A stretch of DNA of 54,168 nucleotides from IMG/VR virus record IMGVR_UViG_3300026511_000002; one strand, written 5' to 3'. The notes beneath the pieces are model-generated. The model was not told where the DNA came from. It saw only the letters and a list, made by a program, of their open reading frames with translations, and did no database searches. The stretch is from an uncultured virus (IMG/VR IMGVR_UViG_3300026511_000002). Lineage: Duplodnaviria > Heunggongvirae > Uroviricota > Caudoviricetes. Every line of letters starts with the position of its first letter. Positions within the stretch are counted from its first letter, which is position 1. Position numbers and translations under genes: made by a program. Shown piece by piece: positions 37,100-47,700 of this stretch.

Positions 37100-37765
37100 A
37101 TGAGTGAAGACAAGAAAAAGAATATATCTGAACAAGCCGATCAAATAAGAAAGGAATTAGATGATTTGATAGGGGATACTAATGTATTAGATGTAGAAAC
37201 AGATCCAACAGATCTGCCAATCAAACAACCCAGAACAGATTTAGCACCACGTGTAAGTTATGAGGAATTAAAAGGTTCTGCTACAAAAAAAGCAGAAAAA
37301 ACCATTACAGCACTCATGAAATTTTACTTAGACGCAGATATTATAGAAAGAGACGAATATATTCAAGCTAAGAAAAGAATGGATGAAATGACAATGTCAT
37401 CTCTAATATATCAATTACAAGCTGGAGAAAGAGCATTGACTACACTTTTACAAACAATTGATGATGGTGAATTAGCACCTAGAATGTTTGAAGTTTTAGC
37501 AACATTACAAAAATCAATGTTAGATATTATTAAATCACAGACAATGTATCTAATGGCTTCTGAAGAATCTACAAAAAGAATTGCACGTGATATTGAAATC
37601 TACAAAAAGAGAGATGACGTCAAAGAAATAGAAGAATCAGGAGGAGACAAAGAAAATAAGAATTTACAAAGAGGTACTAAAGATTTAATGGCTGCAATTC
37701 AAGCAGGTATAAAGAATACATCAGATGAAGATATTGAAGATGTAGAAGAAACTACAGAAGATTAA
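37100..37765 (+). CDS. gp16: Terminase small subunit (gp16-like)
   Basis: PRMFEVLATL motif; TAATG-coupled to the large terminase. Confidence 0.72.
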   Translation: MSEDKKKNISEQADQIRKELDDLIGDTNVLDVETDPTDLPIKQPRTDLAPRVSYEELKGSATKKAEKTITALMKFYLDADIIERDEYIQAKKRMDEMTMSSLIYQLQAGERALTTLLQTIDDGELAPRMFEVLATLQKSMLDIIKSQTMYLMASEESTKRIARDIEIYKKRDDVKEIEESGGDKENKNLQRGTKDLMAAIQAGIKNTSDEDIEDVEETTED

Positions 37766-39591
37766 TGAGTGATTACGTAGGAGATAATAAATGGATTCCC
37801 AAAGAAGAAGGGGATGTGCTATCAGAAAAAATTGTTTGGTCTACTAAACAAGTAAATGATCTGATGATAGCAATGGATCAAGGTTTTAGACCTAAAGTTG
37901 CTATGCCATTTTACGAAGGTAAAAACTTTCTGCGTAAAGGTAATATTGTATTTGAATATACCGATGAAGAAATTACTGAATTAGCTCGATGCGCTACAGA
38001 TATTGTTTATTTTGCTGAAAAGTATGCAGTAGTAATGACAGATGAAGGAATTCAACAAGTAAAACTTAGAGAATATCAAAAAAGAATGCTTCGAAATTTC
38101 CAAGAAGAACGATTCAATATTGTATTAGCTTCTAGGCAAATGGGTAAAACTGTGACGGCATCTATATTTAATGCATGGTACTTAATATTTAATACAGATA
38201 AAAATACTCTTTTATTAGCCAACAAATCAGATTCAACTAAAGAGATTATTGATAAAGCAAAAGTAGTTGTAGAAAACGTACCATTCTTTATGAAACCAGG
38301 TATTGTTAAATATGATGTAATGAATGTTAAGTGTGATAACGGATGTAGATTGGTAGGACAAGCAACTACTGCAAAAGCAGGTATTGGTTTTACTATTCAT
38401 AATTTATATCTTGATGAGTTTGCACATATTCATCCAACTATTGTAGATACCTTCTATGAAAATGTATATCCTACATTATCCGCATCAAAGGTTTCTAGAA
38501 TTACTATCACGTCTACTCCAAATGGATTTAACAAATTTTATCAAATATATGCAGCTGCAGATAGAGGTGAAAATGAATACACCGCAATGCGAGTTGATTG
38601 GTGGGAACATCCAGACAGAGATGATGATTGGTATAATAGAGAGCTAGGAAACTTAGGTAGTATAGAAGCATTTAATAGACAATATGGAAATGAATTTGTT
38701 TCGTCTTCAAACCTTTTATTAGATCCAATAGATTTAAAGAAAATGCGTAAACGAATGAAGAAATATGTTTATCATGACCTAGAAGAGTTTGATGATATTA
38801 ATATAGATGTTAGGGATGTTCTATTATGGAATCCTGACTTCGATATTGAATCAACTAAAGATGCTTCAAAGTTTTGGTTATTTTCGGTAGATATTGCTGA
38901 AGGAAATGGAGGTGATTATTCAGTGATAAATATATTTGAAGTTATTCCTATGAATAAAAAGGAAATTGAAAATTCACTTAATCCAGGTGCCATGTATGAT
39001 TTCTTTAAAATAAATCAAGTAGCAATATTTAGATCTAATGAACATGTTATAGAAGATTTTGCAAAGGTCTTATATACTTTATCTGCAGAGATATTTTATA
39101 ACGAGAATGTAAAAATGATAGTAGAATACAACACATATGGTTCGGTATTGTTTCAATATCTAAGATCTGTGTTTCCACAAAGAAATGATTTTGATGATGA
39201 AATGATTGTAAAATTCAGACATCGACATGATTCTAAGACATTAAAACATGGAATAAAAATAAAATCAGATAATAAAGCAATATTTTGTCAGAATTTTGCA
39301 AAGTTATACAAGATAAATAGGATAAATATAACAGATGAAACAACAATAAATGAAGCTAGTCTATTTGGAGGTTTACCAAGAGGCGGTTACGGAGCTCAAA
39401 TGGGAAATGATGATACTGTTATGACAGTTATTAGTTCTACTGAATTCTTTAACACTACAGATTATGCAGATTATATTGAAGAACTTCTGGATTTTATAGA
39501 TCCAGACTTACATAACGAGATGGAAAGGGTGTTATATAAAGATAATATTTCTGATGGAGATTTACAATATGACATTTATGATTTAATATAA
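37765..39591 (+). CDS. gp17: Terminase large subunit
   Basis: LREYQ, SRQMGKT, YLDEFAHI, TSTPNG, VDIAEG.GGDYS, DDTVM. Confidence 0.95.
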   Translation: MSDYVGDNKWIPKEEGDVLSEKIVWSTKQVNDLMIAMDQGFRPKVAMPFYEGKNFLRKGNIVFEYTDEEITELARCATDIVYFAEKYAVVMTDEGIQQVKLREYQKRMLRNFQEERFNIVLASRQMGKTVTASIFNAWYLIFNTDKNTLLLANKSDSTKEIIDKAKVVVENVPFFMKPGIVKYDVMNVKCDNGCRLVGQATTAKAGIGFTIHNLYLDEFAHIHPTIVDTFYENVYPTLSASKVSRITITSTPNGFNKFYQIYAAADRGENEYTAMRVDWWEHPDRDDDWYNRELGNLGSIEAFNRQYGNEFVSSSNLLLDPIDLKKMRKRMKKYVYHDLEEFDDINIDVRDVLLWNPDFDIESTKDASKFWLFSVDIAEGNGGDYSVINIFEVIPMNKKEIENSLNPGAMYDFFKINQVAIFRSNEHVIEDFAKVLYTLSAEIFYNENVKMIVEYNTYGSVLFQYLRSVFPQRNDFDDEMIVKFRHRHDSKTLKHGIKIKSDNKAIFCQNFAKLYKINRINITDETTINEASLFGGLPRGGYGAQMGNDDTVMTVISSTEFFNTTDYADYIEELLDFIDPDLHNEMERVLYKDNISDGDLQYDIYDLI

Positions 39592-39612
39592 ATAAATTTC
39601 GAAAGAAGAATA

Positions 39613-39620
39613 GATATATA
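39613..39620 (+). promoter_or_regulatory. Putative late promoter GATATATA
   Basis: Octamer upstream of the sheath gene. Confidence 0.72.
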
Positions 39621-39651
39621 ATAAAAGTAAAAAAAATAAAAAAGAACAACT

Positions 39652-42498
39652 ATGGCATTAAGTCCTCAATTATTACAGTTCAAAAGCTCAGGTGTATATC
39701 GCTTAGAGTTTGACAAATCACAGACGGTTAATATCCCTGCTGAAACTATTAGATTGGTTGTTGGTAGATCTAAAAAAGGTCCATACAACACACCAGTATT
39801 TATCGAAAACATTGAGCAATTCACTCAAGTGTTTGGAGGTATTGACAAATCTTTAGAAAAGAAAGGAATGTTCTTCCACAGATCATGTATCGAAACTCTT
39901 TCAAGAGGGCCGATTCTGGCATTAAACTTAACTATCGCTGACGCAGCTGATAGAATTGCATTGGTATCTCCAGCAACTAATTCTGGTTCTGAAGGTTTAT
40001 CAGCAAAACCAGCTTCTGTTCAATACAGCGCTATTTTTGACACTGATAAATTTTGGGTTCCTTCTGATATCAAAACATTAGAAGCAGCAGGTAACACTGA
40101 TGACGACTCAAACAACGCAATATCTTTCGCTAATATCAAGCAAGAGCCTATTTCAGTTATCGTAAGACAAGCTGCAAATACGGCAGGTTTTGAAATGACA
40201 GCAAGAGAATGGTACGGTGAAGGAAATGTTCCTGAAGGAATCGAAGATTTAGAATACGTATCTGACTACATGGTAGATGTATTTGTATTCAAAGGTAATT
40301 ACGATGCACAAGTATTACAAAATGACCCAACATACGGAGCATTTTTTAATGAGCATGGATTATTAAGAGATCAATTAGCAAAATTCACTGCTTTGAGAGA
40401 AGTTAGTTTAGTAGCACAATACACTGGATCAGTTATTCCAGAATTTCAAGATCAAGAAGGTCGTCAATTATATATTGAGACTTTAATTAACTTGGAAGCA
40501 AGAAGAACAGGTTTATTCTGTGCTATCAACGAAGATGCTTTAGAAGCAATTGATTTCGTAGGTAAAGGTTTTGATATTTACCAAGATTATAAAGTATTAT
40601 CACATAGAGTTGCACAAGATGCTACTCCTGATGCAATCACATTGCCAAAACAAATGGAAGTTGATGGTGATCAGTTAACTATTAGAAACGCTAACGCTTC
40701 TGATTTAAATGCTTTACAAATCACAACAGACGGTTTCTTAAGAGCTGCTTTAGAAGGAGAATTTACTCCAATTAGTTCAATAAGCCCATCTGGATCAGAT
40801 ATGGTTATAGAATGTGAAGGAGCTATTAAAGCATCAACATATGAAACGTTTGAAGCTGGAACAGAAGCTACATTCCATGCAGGACCAATTACAGTTGTAG
40901 ATGGTGACATTATTATAGCATGTCCAGAAGTTGGAGCAGATGTTGCAGGTAAATTATTATCAGCAGGAAGCTTAACAGTTGGAAGTTTCTTATTAGGTGC
41001 AAATGGACTTGATTACGTAGGAATCGGTTCAGTTGAAGAATTACAACCACTTGGAGATATAAACGTAGTAAAAATTACTGCAGCAGGTGGAAACGCATTT
41101 AGTTCAACTTACGCAGCAGCAAGTGCAGATAAATTAACTGCATATTTAAGAGCTCAATCAGCTACAATAGAATATACTACTATCGAGCCTAACTCGAGAG
41201 CAGTTATGTTACCAACATTAGTTGATGATTATTCATTTACTCCACTAGGAGCTGGACAATTTAGATTATCCGCTACTTTAGCTAAAGATACATTTGATTG
41301 GTCAGAAGTTTCAGTAGGAATGTATATTCCAGCTGACGGAACTGAATTAGCAAGAATTAAAAGAATTATTAAGACTACTGAAGGTGGTTCTAATATTTAT
41401 TCATTCGAATGTCACAGACCTGTATCTTTAAGACCAGAATATGCTCTTAAAAGATATGAAGAAAGTACAACTACTTATACAGTATTCCCATTAGCGGCTG
41501 CAACACAGAGCGCTAAAACAAAAGCTGAGTTATTAACTCAACTAAGACCAGGAAATGGATTATCAAACACATTAATTGACAAGGACGCAATTACTTTCAG
41601 ATATGTTGTTGATACATTCGGATCATTGGAAAACAGTGGAATCCTTAATAAAGAAGAAATTACTCAACTTTGTAAAGAAAGACAAAATGCATCTGCAATT
41701 CTTAACGCACCAATGGTGAAAGAATTTAAAGGATCAACTAATCCTTCTTTTAAAGACGCTAATACTGGATCATTCGATACAAGATTAGTATCTACTGGTG
41801 GTAATTTAGAACTTAACCCTACTGCAGTGTATACATTACCAAGTATCAATGAAGGTGCAAACTTCGGTTTCTACTATGGTCCTGGTCTTAATGTATTAGA
41901 GAACGGTAAAACAAAGGTGATTCCACCAGCGGCTTACGTATCTAATAACTACATTGACAAATACTTAAACGCATTACCATGGTCTATAATTGCAGGACCA
42001 AGAAGAGGTGTTGTAGGTGGTACAGGTGTACAAGGTTTAGAATTCGCATTTGATAAAAATGATAGAGATTACTTAGAGCCATTTGGAATTAACCCAATCG
42101 TATTCGAAAGAGGAGTTGGTTTAACTATCAAAGGTAATAAAACTGCACAACAATCAGTTCAATCAGCATTATCTTCAGCTCACGTGAGAGAAGCAATGAT
42201 CTATATTGAAGATGGTTTAGCAGAAATCTTGAAAAACTATTTATTCGAGTTTAACAACGCGCAAACAAGATTAGAGATTAAAACTTTAGCAGATTCATTT
42301 ATGGAATCAGTTAAAAAAGACGGAGGTGTATACGACTATAGAAACGTTATGGACGGAACAAACAACACTAACGAGGTAATCGATAATAACATGGGTATTT
42401 TAGATACATTTGTTGAGCCAGTTAAAGGACTTGAAATCTTAGTATCGAGAGTAACTATCTTGAACACAGGAGAAATCGCAACTGGAAACTTTGCATAA
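39652..42498 (+). CDS. gp18: Tail sheath protein
   Basis: SSGVY..E.D.S, KGPYNTP, PWSIIAGPRRG, INPIV, FEFNN..TR, NTNEVID. Confidence 0.92.
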   Translation: MALSPQLLQFKSSGVYRLEFDKSQTVNIPAETIRLVVGRSKKGPYNTPVFIENIEQFTQVFGGIDKSLEKKGMFFHRSCIETLSRGPILALNLTIADAADRIALVSPATNSGSEGLSAKPASVQYSAIFDTDKFWVPSDIKTLEAAGNTDDDSNNAISFANIKQEPISVIVRQAANTAGFEMTAREWYGEGNVPEGIEDLEYVSDYMVDVFVFKGNYDAQVLQNDPTYGAFFNEHGLLRDQLAKFTALREVSLVAQYTGSVIPEFQDQEGRQLYIETLINLEARRTGLFCAINEDALEAIDFVGKGFDIYQDYKVLSHRVAQDATPDAITLPKQMEVDGDQLTIRNANASDLNALQITTDGFLRAALEGEFTPISSISPSGSDMVIECEGAIKASTYETFEAGTEATFHAGPITVVDGDIIIACPEVGADVAGKLLSAGSLTVGSFLLGANGLDYVGIGSVEELQPLGDINVVKITAAGGNAFSSTYAAASADKLTAYLRAQSATIEYTTIEPNSRAVMLPTLVDDYSFTPLGAGQFRLSATLAKDTFDWSEVSVGMYIPADGTELARIKRIIKTTEGGSNIYSFECHRPVSLRPEYALKRYEESTTTYTVFPLAAATQSAKTKAELLTQLRPGNGLSNTLIDKDAITFRYVVDTFGSLENSGILNKEEITQLCKERQNASAILNAPMVKEFKGSTNPSFKDANTGSFDTRLVSTGGNLELNPTAVYTLPSINEGANFGFYYGPGLNVLENGKTKVIPPAAYVSNNYIDKYLNALPWSIIAGPRRGVVGGTGVQGLEFAFDKNDRDYLEPFGINPIVFERGVGLTIKGNKTAQQSVQSALSSAHVREAMIYIEDGLAEILKNYLFEFNNAQTRLEIKTLADSFMESVKKDGGVYDYRNVMDGTNNTNEVIDNNMGILDTFVEPVKGLEILVSRVTILNTGEIATGNFA

Positions 42499-42506
42499 CA
42501 AAATTA

Positions 42507-42514
42507 GATATATA
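42507..42514 (+). promoter_or_regulatory. Putative late promoter GATATATA
   Basis: Octamer upstream of the tube gene. Confidence 0.72.
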
Positions 42515-42533
42515 AAATAAACACATACAAATT

Positions 42534-43091
42534 ATGGCTTTACCACATTATTCAGAAGATCAAACAAGCAAGAAAGGTAAGAATTTCGAACCAGTACAGG
42601 CTAACCTATTTGAGGTAACTATTTTACCTCCTGACGGTGTTGCTGGACAAGAGATGTTATTACAACATGTAAACACTATTTCTGGTCTTGCAGGATTACA
42701 TAAAGAAGTTGCTGCTATCGAACAAAAGTATAAATTTGCTACTAGATCTTATGCTGGTATGATTGATAGTACTGCGTTAGATATAACTGTAAACTTTTCA
42801 TTGAACTTAAATGATTCTAACCAAGCGTATTTATATAAAACATTACGTCAATGGTACAGAGCACAATACAACCCAGAAACTGGTGAAATGGGCTTGAAAA
42901 AGAATTATGTAGGAACAATCGTAATCGTACAATTCAACAGAGAAGGTGATATTTTTAGAAAAGTAACACTTGATGACTGTTTCATCACTTCAGGTCTTGG
43001 ATTTACAGATGCATTAGATTATTCATCTGCAGAAGTACAAACATTAGAGATCACTTGGAGATCTGATGTATATGCAGAAGAAGTAAACTAA
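42534..43091 (+). CDS. gp19: Tail tube protein
   Basis: NLFEV, YNPETG.MG.K.NY, LDYS...ITW..D; follows the sheath gene. Confidence 0.85.
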   Translation: MALPHYSEDQTSKKGKNFEPVQANLFEVTILPPDGVAGQEMLLQHVNTISGLAGLHKEVAAIEQKYKFATRSYAGMIDSTALDITVNFSLNLNDSNQAYLYKTLRQWYRAQYNPETGEMGLKKNYVGTIVIVQFNREGDIFRKVTLDDCFITSGLGFTDALDYSSAEVQTLEITWRSDVYAEEVN

Positions 43092-43106
43092 TTATTAATT
43101 AATTAC

Positions 43107-43143
43107 AAATAAGAAGGTGTATAATTACATCTTCTTATTTTTT
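43107..43143 (+). terminator. Rho-independent terminator (possibly bidirectional)
   Basis: AAATAAGAAGGTGTA / TACATCTTCTTATTT stem, then T run. Confidence 0.75.
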
Positions 43144-43147
43144 GCAA

Positions 43148-43155
43148 GATAAATA
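43148..43155 (+). promoter_or_regulatory. Putative late promoter variant GATAAATA
   Basis: Directly after the terminator, upstream of ORF 43184. Confidence 0.5.
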
Positions 43156-43183
43156 TAATATATTATTAACATATCAAATTATT

Positions 43184-43402
43184 ATGAATAACCACAAATT
43201 AACAAAAAAACTACAAGTTCTCTTAACGGAGGACGAGGTTTCTTCGGTTAATCGATGCATTTTAAACGATGCAATAGATACTGAAACGAGGCCAGTTTCT
43301 GTTAGTGCATGGATAAGAGACTTAATAAAAAAAGAACTAAGTCTACAATCTATTGACCAACAGTCGTTTATTAAAAATAAAGTAAAAAATTTAAATAAGT
43401 AA
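43184..43402 (+). CDS. Small ribbon-helix-helix-like DNA-binding protein
   Basis: KKLQVLLTEDE (strand-helix)...SVSAWIRDLI (helix 2); ATG 43184 preferred over TTG 43142. Confidence 0.55.
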   Translation: MNNHKLTKKLQVLLTEDEVSSVNRCILNDAIDTETRPVSVSAWIRDLIKKELSLQSIDQQSFIKNKVKNLNK

Positions 43403-43407
43403 ATAAC

Positions 43408-44412
43408 ATGAGTAAAGAAAACCAAAACAAAAAAGAAGAAGCTGCAAAAAAAATGCTGGAAGCCAGAGATAGTATCAATGAGCCAGTACAAGACAACTCA
43501 GTAGAAGATGTTTCTGTTGAAATGTTAGATGCAGTCGAGTCCAAGGGACTTGGTAAAGTAAACATGGACCAATTCGGACAAGCTAGACCAGATAAAACTT
43601 CGGATCAATTCCTAGGTTGGATGGTTTTAGATCAGTCGGAATTACCATCTAATGGTAAATTTTATCCAAACGGATGTGTTATTAAAATTAGATCAGCGAG
43701 AGCTGCTGAGATTAGACACTTCTCAACTATGGATGAAGAGAACTATATTGATATGGAAGAAAAACTAAACCATATTGTAGAGATGTGTACTCAGATTATG
43801 GTTGGAGATAAGAGAGCATCTTATAAAGATCTTTTAGAAGAAGATAGAATTGTAATTCTATTAGCTATTAGAGATCTTACTTTCCCAGAACCAGAAAATA
43901 AGCTAATTCTTAAAGGTAAAACTGAAGCAACTAAAAAAACTGTAGATATTGAATTATCTTCAAGATATTTAGTCGCAACAGAAGTCCCGACAGAAATAGA
44001 AGGATATTATAGTTCTAAAGAAAGAACATACGTTATCAAAACTAGATCTGCTGGTGAAATCAGAATGCGTCCACCTTCAATTGGTGTTATGCAAGAAATA
44101 ACTAAGTATTTAAAGGATCGTCAAGAAAAAGAAGTTGAATTCGATAAAGCGTTTATACAAGTTTTACCTTATATTACGCCTGATTGGAGACAATTAAACT
44201 TACCTAAGATCTTTAATTTAGAAGTAGATTACAAAGCATGGGATCAGAAAAAGTTTATGGTAATTTATAGGTTAGCTGAAAAAATGAAAATTGGTGTACA
44301 AACAACACTAGAAATGGAATTCGATGGGGAGATCGCAAAAGCCCCTCTTGATTTCCCAGGTGGCATCAAAAGTCTTTTCATTATTTCAGATCTCGCTGGA
44401 GAATTACTTTAA
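43408..44412 (+). CDS. Baseplate hub / tail assembly chaperone (gp26-like)
   Basis: LPSNGKFYP, IKIRS...E, DLLEEDRIVILLAIRDLT; located upstream of the tape measure gene. Confidence 0.7.
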   Translation: MSKENQNKKEEAAKKMLEARDSINEPVQDNSVEDVSVEMLDAVESKGLGKVNMDQFGQARPDKTSDQFLGWMVLDQSELPSNGKFYPNGCVIKIRSARAAEIRHFSTMDEENYIDMEEKLNHIVEMCTQIMVGDKRASYKDLLEEDRIVILLAIRDLTFPEPENKLILKGKTEATKKTVDIELSSRYLVATEVPTEIEGYYSSKERTYVIKTRSAGEIRMRPPSIGVMQEITKYLKDRQEKEVEFDKAFIQVLPYITPDWRQLNLPKIFNLEVDYKAWDQKKFMVIYRLAEKMKIGVQTTLEMEFDGEIAKAPLDFPGGIKSLFIISDLAGELL

Positions 44413-44659
44413 GACTAAGTTCTATCTGGGCATACATCTCAGAATGCAACCTTCAGAAATAGAAAATTTATTTTATTATGAATTTTGGTACTATGTAAAA
44501 AATCTGTCGGACTACATTAAAGAGAAGAATAATCAGAACAAGGATCAACAAGAACAACAGGCACAACAACAGAGTGAAATGAGCTCTAAATATAAAACGC
44601 CTAAGATGCCGTCGGTCCAATCTTTTAAAGCACCTTCTATGAAGATGCCTAAATTTTAA
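44324..44659 (+). CDS. gp51-like baseplate hub assembly segment; start uncertain, possibly a frameshift extension of the upstream ORF
   Basis: LENYFKTKFYL...SEIENLFYYEFWYYVKNL..YIKEKN resembles the gp51 family; overlaps the upstream ORF in the +1 frame. Confidence 0.6.
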   Translation: MGRSQKPLLISQVASKVFSLFQISLENYFKTKFYLGIHLRMQPSEIENLFYYEFWYYVKNLSDYIKEKNNQNKDQQEQQAQQQSEMSSKYKTPKMPSVQSFKAPSMKMPKF

Positions 44660-44660
44660 A

Positions 44661-44668
44661 GATATATA
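44661..44668 (+). promoter_or_regulatory. Putative late promoter GATATATA
   Basis: Octamer upstream of the tape measure gene. Confidence 0.7.
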
Positions 44669-44732
44669 AAGAGTATGGACAAGCGCTACATAAGTAGCGT
44701 TTGTCTTATACTAAAAAACATACACATATAAC

Positions 44733-47700
44733 TTGGCTCAATTAATTCCAAAATTTCTAGCAAGTGCATTCGAAAGAATGGGTAATAGTGATAAAGCTCT
44801 AGAACAAGTAGCAATAAATACTGGAACAACGGCTGCCGCTGTATCGGTGGGTGGTGATCTTTATGAAAAAATGGATGAGCTTGTTAAAGCTCTTGGTGCT
44901 GGAGGTGGCGGAAAGAAAGGTGACCTTTCAATTAAAGAAGCATTAGTCCTTAGAATTACTGCAGGTGCCTTAGAACCTATTGGACTTGGTTTAGGAGTAA
45001 TTATTGACGCGTTAGAAAGAGCACCTGACGGTAAAGAACTTAAACTAAAAATGGAAGCCTTAACTAACGGGCTTTTAGCATTAGGTGATGTTGGTTATTC
45101 AATAGTAAAATTTGCTGCAATGATGATTTTAGCATTGCCTCTATTAATAGTGGCTGGTGTGGCCATGTTATTGATAGTGCCTATATTAAAACTCATGGTA
45201 GATGGCCTCATGTGGGCAACTAAGAAGTTGGATAAAAAACAACTGAAGAAAATAGCAATGCTTGGTGAAATAGGTGCTAATATTTTAATATTAGCAGTTA
45301 GTTTAGTATTGGTTGGTTTATTAGCAACATTTGCAATGAAAGGTGTCTTAGTAGCTGCAGGTATTATGTTAGGACTTGCAGGTGTTATGTTACTTTTAGA
45401 TAAAATGGGATTTGATCCTAAAGGAATGAATAAATTTGCTAAGGCGTTAAAGAATTTAGCACTAGGAATTTTAGGATTATCTGTAGGTTTAATATTAATA
45501 GGATTTTTAACACAACCAATTTTAATTGGATTAGCAACAGCAATGTTGGTAATATTAACTATTGGTGGAGTATTCTGGTTGATGAATAAGTTGAAGATTG
45601 CTAAATCAATGAGAAAGACTAGTAGAGCTTTAGTTTTTGCAGCTATGGCAATTTTATCAGTCTCTGTAGCATTAGTATTGTCTGCATTAATAGTAAAATC
45701 ATTAGGTTGGTTAGAAGTAGGTAAAGTATTACTACTCGTTGGTGCAGTTGCCCTCACATTCTTTGTAATTAATAAAGTATTAGGTAAGCAATCTAGAAAA
45801 GGAGCAATGTTAATGATATTTGCAGCTGGAGCTATATTAGCGGTTGCTGTTGCAATATTTTTAGCCAGATTACTTATAGGACCAGTCAACGCTGAGAATA
45901 TTCTCGAAACATTCGGAGTTTTAGTAGTTATTGGAGCAGTTGCATTAGTATTTGGAATCGCAGGTTTAGCACACAAATTTATTAAAAAAGGTGCTATAGC
46001 CTTGGCTTTCGCTGGAGGAGCGATGATAGTAATAGCAATAGGTGTCTTTGCAATGAAAAAGGCAATTGATGGCATGTCATGGGGTAACCTAGGAATGATT
46101 GCGGCCATTATAGTAGGTTTAGGTCTCGCTATGGGAATAGCAGGTGCTGGACCTCTTCCAGGTTTTATTGCGCTTGGATCAGCAGCGATGATAGTTGCAG
46201 GTATTGCATTGGTAGTAATTGGAGCAGGAGTTATGGTTTTTGCTAAAGCACTAAAAGATATGACTTGGGAAAAGGTAGGCATGATGGGTGCTATCATAGG
46301 AGGAGTTGCAGTGGCAATGGGTCTAGCAGGACTGGGTGCAATTTTCATAGCCGCAGGTGCCGCAGTAATGATATTAGCGGGAGTTGCATTGATTACATTA
46401 GGAAAGGGATTAGAAATAATTGCAAAAGTTGACTTTAATAAATTAGGTAATGTAAACAAAAGAGGTTCGGGCGCATTTAATGATTCTGGTGAAATGACTT
46501 CCGGATTTTTAGGAATGTTTAAGAGAAAGAAAACTAATTTTGAAGTTGCAATCGAGTCTATTGTAGATTCAATGTCATTAGGTCCACTATCTATTATAGG
46601 TGTATTAGCGGGAGCACCAGTTGTATTATTAGCTGGAGCTGCGATGATAAAAGTTGCTCAAGGGTTAGGAGATGTTCAAAAACTTACAGAAAAAGTAAAC
46701 TTAAAAACTTTAGGTAAAAGTGTAGGTGAAATGGTCTTTACTATTGCAGATGCATTTGGAGCAATTGGTAAGAAATATCCAGGTGGTAAACAATCTTTAT
46801 TTTCTTCTATAATGGGAGGAGGCGGAGGATCTTTTGTATCACAAGGTGTTTCTTCTACAATGGGAATGGGATCAGCATTATCTGGCATCGCAAGAGGTAT
46901 GCAGGCAATGGCGAATTTAAAATTCCCAGTAAAATATGATAAAGAAGGAAATCCAATAGAATTTGAATCTATGGATTCTGACGCTCCTGTAAAAGTGGCA
47001 GTAAACGCTGCAATGATTACTGGAGTATTAGCAGATGTATTTGGCAGAATAGGTAAGAAATACCCTGGAGGTAAGAAATCTCTATTCGCACAGATAATGA
47101 CAGGTAAAGGTAATTCACCGGTTGCTGATGGTATATCTTCGGTACAAGGTATGGGTAGCGCACTTACTAATGTTGCTAAAGGATTTCAAGCAATGGCAAT
47201 GCTAAACTTCCCAGTAGAATGGGATGAAGAAGGTAAGCCAATTAAGTTTGAAACTATGGATATAAAAACCAATGGTAAATTGGTTATGGACAATACTAAA
47301 GAGATTGTAAAAGGTTTATCAGCAGTATTCGGAGAAATTGGTTCTAATCCAGATGCAGAATCATCTTGGTGGGGAGGTAAATCAAAAATTCAAAAAGGTA
47401 TTGATCTTGTAACTGGAGTTGGTACTCCACTTATAAATTTAGCAAAGGGTGTACAAAATATGGCTAGCCTTAAATTTCCAAAAGGATTTGATGCAGACGG
47501 TAAAGCAACAGGATATGATACATTAAGTTCACCAGCTGAAGTAATGGAAAAAGTAACTGGAAATACTAAAATGTTAATTAGAGCATTAGTTGAAGTATTT
47601 ACTGAAATTGGTGGAATGAGTGGAACATCTTCAGATTATTGGTGGTGGGATAATTCTAAATTTACAAAAGGAGCTGAATTAGTTACAACAATGTCAACAC

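Noticed and set aside
38456..38647. 63-aa alternative-frame ORF inside the terminase
   Set aside because: Fully nested in gp17 with no independent signals
45095..46459. 454-aa minus-strand ORF
   Set aside because: Antisense shadow of the hydrophobic, codon-biased part of the tape measure gene; no promoter and no recognisable domain
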